This document shows positions 33,960 through 42,068 of a stretch of DNA of 42,068 bases, in pieces. Within the stretch, counting starts at the first letter, position 1. The number at the start of each line of letters is the position of its first letter. A model generated the notes under the pieces. That model had not been told where the DNA came from. It ran no database searches and saw only the letters and a program-made list of their open reading frames with translations. The DNA comes from Chiloscyllium plagiosum (taxonomy: Eukaryota): the NCBI RefSeq assembly GCF_004010195.1, contig NC_057719.1:2364384-2406451 (forward strand), written 5' to 3'. A program made the translations under genes and the position numbers.

Positions 33960-36900
33960 TTGATTTTATTTTGACTTTATTGCTGCATGTATTTTAAGTA
34001 AGAATACAATAAATGAGAGTGAAAAGCTTTCTTGCATCACCACGATGTGGTGCCATTTTGAATAATTTATGAATAAGGGAAAAGAAAGAAATATACAACT
34101 TGAAGAGAGTCCATCGGTCAGTCCTGAGCCAGTTCATCACTGACAATGATACCTTCACCACCATCACTCCATTACCACCATCACTCCATCACCACCATCA
34201 CTCCTTCACAACCATCACTTCTTCACCACCATCACTCCATCACCACCATTACTCCATCAACACTATCACTCCATCACTACCATCACTCCATCACCACTAT
34301 TACACCTTCACCACCATCACTCCATCACCACCATTACTCCATCAACACCATCACTCCATCACTACCATCACTCCATCACCACTATTACACCTTCACCACC
34401 ATCACACCCTCACCATCATCACTCCATCATCACCATCAAACCATCATCACCATCAAACCATCACCACCATCACTCCACCACCATCACTCCTTCACCACCA
34501 TCGCTCCATCACATCACTCCATCACCACTATCACTCCATCACCACCATCACTCCATCCCCACTATTACTCCTTCACCACCATCACTCCTTCAACACCATC
34601 ACTCCATCACCATCATCACTCCATCACCACCATCACTCCTTCACCACCATCACTCCTTCATCACCATCACTCCATCACCACCATCACTCCATCACCACCA
34701 TCACTCCTTCACCACCATCACTCCTTCATCATCATCACTCCATCACCACCATCACTCCTTCACCACAATCACTCCTTCACCACTATCACTCCTTCACCAC
34801 CATCACTCCTTCATCACCATCGCTCCATCAACACCATCACTCCTTCACCACTATCACTCCATCGCCACCATTACTCCTTCACCACCATCACTCCTTCACC
34901 ACCATCACTACATCCCCACTATTACTCCGTCACCACCATCACTCTATCAACACCATCACTCCATCACCACCATCACTCCATCACCACCATCACTCCATCC
35001 CCACTATTACTCCTTCACCACCATCACTCCATCAACACCATCACTCCATCACCATCATCACTCCATCACCACTATCACTCCATCACCACCATCACTCCAT
35101 CACCACCATCACTCCAACACCACTGTTACTCCTTTACCACTATCACTCCATCACCACCATCACTCCTTCTCCACCATCACTCCATCACCATCATCACTCC
35201 ATCACCACCATCACTCCATCACCACCACACTCCATCACCACCATCGCTCAATCACCACCATCACTCCTCTTTCACCACCATTACTCCATCACTACCATCA
35301 CTCCATCACCACTATCACTCCATTACCACNNNNNNNNNNNNNNNNNNNNNNNNNNNNNNNNNNNNNNNNNNNNNNNNNNNNNNNNNNNNNNNNNNNNNNN
35401 NNNNNNNNNNNNNNNNNNNNNNNNNNNNNNNNNNNNNNNNNNNNNNNNNNNNNNNNNNNNNNNNNNNNNNNNNNNNNNNNNNNNNNNNNNNNNNNNNNNN
35501 NNNNNNNNNNNNNNNNNNNNNNNNNNNNNNNNNNNNNNNNNNNNNNNNNNNNNNNNNNNNNNNNNNNNNNNNNNNNNNNNNNNNNNNNNNNNNNNNNNNN
35601 NNNNNNNNNNNNNNNNNNNNNNNNNNNNNNNNNNNNNNNNNNNNNNNNNNNNNNNNNNNNNNNNNNNNNNNNNNNNNNNNNNNNNNNNNNNNNNNNNNNN
35701 NNNNNNNNNNNNNNNNNNNNNNNNNNNNNNNNNNNNNNNNNNNNNNNNNNNNNNNNNNNNNNNNNNNNNNNNNNNNNNNNNNNNNNNNNNNNNNNNNNNN
35801 NNNNNNNNNNNNNNNNNNNNNNNNNNNNNCCACCATCACTCCTTCACCACCATCACTCCATCGCCACCATCACTCCCATCATCACCATCGTTCCATCACC
35901 ACCATCACTCCTTCACCACCATCACTCCATCACCACTATCACTCCATCACCACTATCACTGCTTCACCACCATCACTCCATCACCATCATCACTCCATCA
36001 CCACTATGACTCCATCACCACTATCACTCCTTCACCACCATCACTCCATCACCACCATCACTCCATCACCACCATCGCTCAATCACCACCATCACTCCAT
36101 CACTACCATCACTCCATCGCCACTATCACTCCATCACCACTATCACTCCATCACCATCATCACTCCATCACCACCATCACTCCATCACCATTATCACTCC
36201 TTTACCAGCATCGCTACATCACCGCCATCACTGCATCACCACCATCACTCCTTCACCACCATCACTCCATCACCACCATCACTCCATCACCACCATCGCT
36301 CCATCACCACCATCACTCCTTCACCACCATCACTCCATCACCACCATCGCTCCATCACCACCATCACTCCATCACCACTATCATTCCATCACCACCATCA
36401 CTCCCACACTACCATCACTCCAGCACCACTATTACACCTTCACCACCATCACTCCCGCACCATCATCACTCCATCATCACCATCAAATCATCATCACCAT
36501 CAAACCATCACCACCATCACTCCATCACCACTATCACTCCATCACCACTATCAATCCATCACCACCATCACTCAATCACTACTATCACTCCATCATCACC
36601 ATCAAACCATCACCACCATCACTCCACCACCATCACTCCTTCACCACCATTACTCTATCACCACCATCACTCCATCACCACCATCACTCCATCACCACTA
36701 TCACTCCATCACCTCCATCACTCCATCACCACTATCACTCCTTCACCACGATCGCTCCATCACCACCATCACTCCATCACCACCATCACTCCATCACCAC
36801 TATCACTCCATCACCACTATCACTCCATCACCACCATCACTCCATCACCACCATCACTCCATCACCACCATCGCTCAATCACCACCATCACTCCGTCACT

Positions 36901-37592
36901 ACCATCACTCCATCACCACTATCACTCCATCACCACTATCACTCCATCACCATCATCACTCCATCACCATCATCACTCCATCACCACTATTACTCCATCA
37001 CCACTCTCACTCCTTCACCAGCATCACTCCATCACCACCATCACTCCATCACCACCATCGCTCCATCACCACCATCGCTCCATCACCACCATCACTCCTT
37101 CACCACCATCACTCCTTCTCCACCTTCACTCCATCACCACCATCACTCCATCACCACCATCGCTCCATCACCACCATCGCTCCTTCACCACCATCACTCC
37201 ATCACCACCATCGCTCCATCACCACCATCAGTCCATCACCACTATCACTCCATCACCACCATCGCTCCATCACCACCATCACTCCATCACCACTATCACT
37301 CCATCACCACCATCACTCCATCACCACTATCAATCTATCACCATCACTCCTTCACCACCATTACTCCATCACCACCATCACTCCATCGCCACTATCACTC
37401 CATCACCACCATCACTCCATCACCACCATCACTCCATCACCACCATCACTCCATCAACGTCATCACTCCATCACCACGATCATCCATCACCACTATCACT
37501 CCATCACCACCATGCTTCCTTCTACACTGGACCCAACCAACGTCGAAACCACCAATCCTCAGATGCCGTATTTTTCCCCGGGGCCTACCCTG
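33960..37592 (-). mobile_element. Copy B of the Rex1-tailed short element, split by the 17-bp satellite
   Basis: Both satellite flanks align collinearly with the reverse complement of 2780-3055. Confidence 0.7.
34152..37513. repeat. ~17-bp satellite (CATCACTCCATCACCAC)n, includes 500-N gap 35330-35829
   Basis: Continuous degenerate array. The period is not a multiple of 3, so the long His/Thr/Ser/Pro ORFs are artefacts. Confidence 0.95.
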
Positions 37593-37862
37593 CCAATGTA
37601 GCAGTCACTTTGTTGCCTTTCCAATGATATCAGTTTATCCTGGGGACGATGCAGAGCCCTCAATCAGTTGACCTGGCAGCCACCCATCTCTGTCCTTGAA
37701 TTGACATTTTCGGACTGCCTTTTCAAATCTAGATGTGAAATCCTTCACAGACTCACCTGATTCCTGTTTTAGTTCTTGAATGGTCCTTCCTTTGGCTGGA
37801 GTTATCAGCTGAATGCTTCAAACATACTGGCTGCATCTCCACTTACAGGCCGTTCTGCTATA

Positions 37863-38177
37863 TTTTTTTTCTTTCATCTCCTGTTTATTTTTTTTTTCTT
37901 TTCGTTTTTTCTTTTTCTTTTTTGTTTTAACCCCCACACTACCACCTTAGTGCGGTAGTGCTTATTTTATCCCCAGCACCCATGGTGTGTGTGTGCGCAG
38001 GTGTGAGACACAGTGAAAGACACAAAGTGCACCAATCTTTATTCAAATTCCACCACCAGGAAGATAGGAAAACACCCGGGTGGCCAGTGACAAACACTGC
38101 CCTTCACATCAAAGGGCAGTGTTGTGTGATCAAAACAGTGAAGGGGAGGGTAGGGACTAAATCAAAATAGAGTTGGA
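37863..38177 (-). mobile_element. Poly(A)-tailed retroposed 3' fragment, probably L1/Tx1-like, with 14-bp TSD
   Basis: GCCGTTCTGCTATA at 37849-37862 and 38178-38191; T-rich tract at 37863-37928; internal hairpin CACTGCCCTT..AAGGGCAGTG. The clade assignment is inference. Confidence 0.75.
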
Positions 38178-38249
38178 GCCGTTCTGCTATAATGTGCCTT
38201 TCCCCAGCGCCAATTGGCTGCAACGTGATTGAGGAATTGTGGATGTTAA

Positions 38250-38610
38250 GACCATAAGACGAAGAAGCAGAAGTTAGACCATTCGACCCATTGAGTCTGC
38301 TGTGCCATTCAATCATGGCTGCTAGATTTTAAAATCCCATTTCTCCCCTTCTCGTGACCTTTGATCCCCTTGACAATGAAGAACCAGTCTATCTCTGTTT
38401 TAAATACACTCAATGACCTGGCCTCCACAGCCTTCTGTGGCAATGAGCTCTGGCTGAAGAAGATCTCTGTTCTGAAAGGTCCTCCCTTTACCCTGAGACT
38501 GTGCCTTTGGGTCCTAGTCTCTCCTACCAACAGAAACATCTTCCCAATGACCACTCTGTCCAGGCCATTCAGTATTCTGTATGTTTCAGTCAGATCTCCC
38601 CTCATCTTGG
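38250..38610 (-). mobile_element. CR1-type LINE 3' fragment
   Basis: ORF 38309-38605 reads MRGDLTETYRILNGLDRV. Confidence 0.9.
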
Positions 38611-38867
38611 TGTTTGCCTAACACAAACTTTCTACTGAATGGGTATAGCCATTGTCTATTTGTGATTTTCTAAAGCGTGAGATTGCAGGGGAACACAAAT
38701 GTCACATTGTGGCAGAATGACCTGTATCCTCTTCACTCAGCTCCGAGCCATTAAATAAACTCTCCTTCCCCTAAAAGGATGGAGGTGATCATTCCCTCTG
38801 TACTTATGCTTTTAGAAATTTCCTGAATCCTACCTTAGGTTAAACCTTTCAAATGCCTGTATGACAT

Positions 38868-39585
38868 TGCAGTTTGCAGATGACACCAAAGTTGGAGGTG
38901 TAGTGGACAACGGAGAGGGTTACCTCAGATTACAACAGGATCTTGATCAGATGGGCCGGTGGACCGAGGAGTGGCAGATGGAGTTTTATCTAGATAAATG
39001 TGAGGTATTGCATTTTGGAAAGGCAAATCAGGTCAGGGCTTATACACTTAATGGTGTGGCCCAGGGGAGTGTTGCTGAGCAAAGAGCAGGTTGATAGTTC
39101 ATTGAAAGTGGAGTCGCAGGTAGATAGGATAGTGAAGAAGGCGTTTGGTATGCTTTCCTTTATTGGTCAGAGTATTGAGTACAGGAGTTGGGAGGTCATG
39201 TTGTGGATGTACAGGACATTGGTTAGGCCACATTTGAATATAGCATTCAATTCTGGTCTCCCTGCTATAGAAATCATGTTGCAAAACTTCAAAGGTTTTG
39301 AAAAGATTGACAAGGATGTTGACAAGGTTGAAGTGTTTAAGTTATAGGGGGGAGGCTGTATGGCACAGGTATGGAATGAGCTGCCAGAGGAAGTGGTGGA
39401 GGCTAGTACAATTACAACATTTAAAAGGCATCTGGGTGGGTATATGAATAGGACGGGTTTGAAGGGATATGGGCCAAATGCTGGCAAATGGGACTCGACT
39501 TATTTAGGATACCTGGTCAGCACGGGTGAGTTGGACCGCAAGGTCTGTTTCCGTGCTGTACATCTCAATGACTCAATGACATTGT
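38868..39585 (+). mobile_element. CR1-type LINE RT and 3' fragment with deletions
   Basis: FADDTKVGGVVD...WQMEFYLDKCEVLHFG...WNELPEEVV. Confidence 0.95.
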
Positions 39586-40401
39586 GAGCCTTTTAAATCA
39601 TAAACCACAGCAGCAGTAAGGTTCCCCTTGTCCTTACCTACCATCCCATCAACATCCACATCCAGAGGATCATCAGCCACCATTTCTGCTATCGATAGCT
39701 AGATGCCACCACCAGACACATATCCCCCTCCCCTCCCTTCCACAGGGACCATCCCCTCTGGGGAACCTGGTCCACTCTTCCTTTACTCCCAATGCTCCCC
39801 CCACAGCCTCCTAGCACCTTCCCTTGTAACTCTCTCTCACTCTCCAAGGGTTCAGATGCACCTTCCAGGTGAAGCAATGATTTCGCTTCACTTCACTCAG
39901 TCTAGTCTAGTGTACTCACTGCTCACAATGTGGTCTCCTCCACACTGGGGAGATGAAGCGCAGATTAGGTGACCCCTTTGTGGAACATCTATATTCAGCC
40001 TGCAGAAGTGAACCTGAGCTTCCTGTGATCTGTCACTTCACCACCCCACCCTGTTCCCTGACCAATGTCTCGGTCTCAGGCTTGCTGCAGTGCTCCAGTG
40101 AAGCTCAGTGTAAGTTGGAAGAACAGCACCTCATTGCAGCCTTCTGGACTCAACGATTTTATGGTGTGAGCACCTTCTCTCAGGTCTTCACCCCAGTCTT
40201 CAAACGCTAGGCCATGTCATCACATAGGCTGCTACCATAAACCAACCCATTGTCAGCTAATAGTCCTCATTAGCAGCTATTCATTCCCCAACACCTTTAC
40301 CCATTCCTTTATCTGACCAACTATTATTCTATCTCTATCTCCATCTACCGTTTACTCCTTCCCTCTTCACCTATCACCCCCACCCATCTTCAGCATTTTC
40401 C

Positions 40402-40531
40402 GACGATGTTAGACTGGGGTGGACAAGGTGTAAGGTCACATGACACCAGGTTATAGTCCAACAGGTTTATTTGAAATCACAAGCTTTCGGAGCGCTGCTC
40501 CTTCATCAGTTGAACTCATGTGACTTCTAAA
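40402..40531 (-). mobile_element. Third Penelope-like terminal-repeat family, nested in the Penelope 3' UTR
   Basis: Flanked by TTTTCC on both sides; carries a hammerhead core; short inverted arm AGGTCACATG/CATGTGACTT. Confidence 0.75.
40477..40513 (-). ncRNA. Minimal type-I hammerhead ribozyme motif (best-preserved copy)
   Basis: TCAA-CTGATGA-A-GGAGC-AGC-GCTCC-GAAA-GCTT-GTGA: intact core boxes, perfect 5-bp stem II, palindromic AGCT stem III, CUU cleavage triplet, one mismatch in stem I. Confidence 0.7.
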
Positions 40532-40684
40532 GTTTTCCTCGCTACCATCAGTTCTGAGGAAGGGTCACCGAGCCCGAAACATTAATCTGCTTTCTCTTCC
40601 CAGATGCTGCCAGGCCTGCCGAGCTTTTCTGGTAATTTTTGATTTTGTTTCTGATTGCCAGCATCTTTGGTATTGTTTAATTTA

Positions 40685-40960
40685 TTTGCCTTTCAAACTG
40701 CCTGCTGAACTTTTGCGTTGACCATCTTCACACGTACACCGTTTCTGTGTGAACACAGACAGTTGCAGGTTTCACACCTCTTTGGCAGTGATCTGCTTTT
40801 CTATTTTCATGATAACCTCACACTTCCCCGCACTGTGTTCCAGTTGCTAGCTCGTTGCTTACTCAGTGGGCTCAATGTAACTTTGCAGCTTTTCAACCCT
40901 TTGTTCCCCTCCCCAGAGGTTGCTGTTCCACCTGAGTTTGCGTCTTCTGCAAACCTCGAC
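40685..40960 (-). mobile_element. Very old CR1 RT fragment
   Basis: Minus strand TTTGCAGAAGACGCAAACTCAGGTGG resembles FADDTKLGG; AAGTGTGAGGTTATC encodes KCEVI. Confidence 0.6.
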
Positions 40961-41661
40961 GCAATATTACCAGGAACGCGAAGCTCCCGGAGATCCAGCA
41001 GAGCACCAGAAAGTGCTGCAGAATCTGTGCAAAGAGAGGAACAAAATTAACATATTGGCAGGGATTCTGTGGCGATGATAATGCAGCTGTGATTGGGCAA
41101 CTCGGCTTTGTCATTTACATTGAGCAACTTTGTTCTCTTTCGTTGATGATTGCTACAACAATAAACCACTAGGCTTCAAATGAAAGCAGATAGCCAAGTC
41201 AGGTTCAATTGAGATTATTGGATGATAATATGGATTGAAATGATGCACAGGGATATGGGGAAGAGGCAGGAGATTGGCGTTAGTGAGCAGAACTGCTGTA
41301 GACACGATGCACAGGAACAATACCCGACACCGGGAGAGCAGGAAGGGACGCAGACACAATGTGCATCCCCCTCCCCCTCATCGTTGATCAGCCAGTTGGT
41401 GCTGGTGCCTGGGGAAAGCTGTCAGATGATGAACCTCCCACAAAGCTGCCTGTTTGTGCCCTGGGGTCGGACGCTGTGACCTTTGAGAGCAGTTAAAAAA
41501 AAGTAAAACAGTAAATAACAGCTGGGTGCGGTGTTTCTGGGAATTAACCCCCGTTGTCAGACCCACCCACCTCACTCCAAGCCCAGGTCTCCACTAGAAA
41601 CACAATAATCCCTGCCAATTCCCATGTGGATATTAGGAGTTGCCAATTCTCCCAGTGTCAT

Positions 41662-41755
41662 CCTTCCTGATGAATGGCTTTTGCCTGAAACGTCGATTCT
41701 TCTGCTCCTCGGATGCTGCCTGACCTACTGTACTTTTCCAACACCACACTCTCCA
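41662..41755 (+). mobile_element. Penelope-like terminal repeat with hammerhead core
   Basis: TC-CTGATGA-ATGGCTTTTGCCT-GAAA-CGTC-GA, with the GUC triplet retained. Confidence 0.8.
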
Positions 41756-41806
41756 GTATTCTGGGTTCTGGGTAATCCAAGGTGGAGGATGGGAAAACTT
41801 TCTGGC

Positions 41807-42068
41807 TGTAACAGCTGCTCCTTTTTTTTTGAAGTATTTTAGGTGCTGGAGGTGATTTCCTCGAATTCCAGGAGCAGCAATTCCTGTTTTATATGCTGTT
41901 GCATTGTTTTGGAACTTTGGAAAAAAAAAGTCAAAACAACAGCAGTTTTAAAAGGGAGAAGAGCAGAGAAAGGAAGCACATGGTGAGGTCAGTGCAGGAG
42001 AGAGAGAGAGAGAGAGAACCTGCACAGTTACTGCCTTTGCTGTTTGAATTCGTGTATCGCTGGACATC
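41807..42068 (+). mobile_element. Possible LTR-type repeat start, truncated by window end; contains (GA)n at 41998-42017
   Basis: Begins TGTAACA; non-coding; resembles a shark interspersed repeat from recollection only. Confidence 0.3.

Larger units (their letters stand above)
39605..40670 (+). mobile_element. Penelope-like element 3' remnant: decayed GIY-YIG endonuclease plus terminal repeat
   Basis: KVPLVLTYHPINIHIQRII, FQVKQ*F.FTS.SLV*CTHCSQCGLLHTGEMKRRLGDPFVEHL (VY..C..C...YIGET.R...R..EH pattern); hammerhead-like core CTGAGGA...GAAA at 40554-40579. Confidence 0.9.

Noticed and set aside
34100..37627. 1175-aa and 1151-aa His/Thr/Ser/Pro-rich ORFs
   Set aside because: They are products of a 17-bp satellite nearly lacking stop codons. 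The same peptide cycles through overlapping frames, the ORFs span an N-gap, and the array lies inside a repeat element.

Overview
Eukaryotic, repeat-dense genomic DNA with four assembly gaps. It is almost certainly from a cartilaginous fish; the HE1-type V-SINEs, DeuSINE and CR1/HER1-type LINEs point to a shark, which is an inference from repeat families. No intact protein-coding gene can be identified. Most ORFs in the track are fragments of decayed non-LTR retrotransposons (many CR1 copies, a second CR1/L2-superclade LINE, Rex1/Babar, and a Penelope GIY-YIG remnant) or artefacts of tandem repeats and N-runs. Main observations: (1) three distinct Penelope-like terminal-repeat families carry minimal type-I hammerhead ribozyme cores with covarying stems, some inserted as ~150-bp fold-back units with 15-16-bp TSDs; (2) one pair of such ends brackets a 1.4-kb inverted duplication of adjacent host DNA; (3) a poly(A)-tailed, probably L1/Tx1-like 3' fragment with a perfect 14-bp TSD sits inside a probable DNA-transposon terminus; (4) a ~3.4-kb 17-bp satellite has expanded inside a small element whose unexpanded sister copy is in the same window; (5) a convergent CTCF-motif pair and several unassigned exon-like segments.
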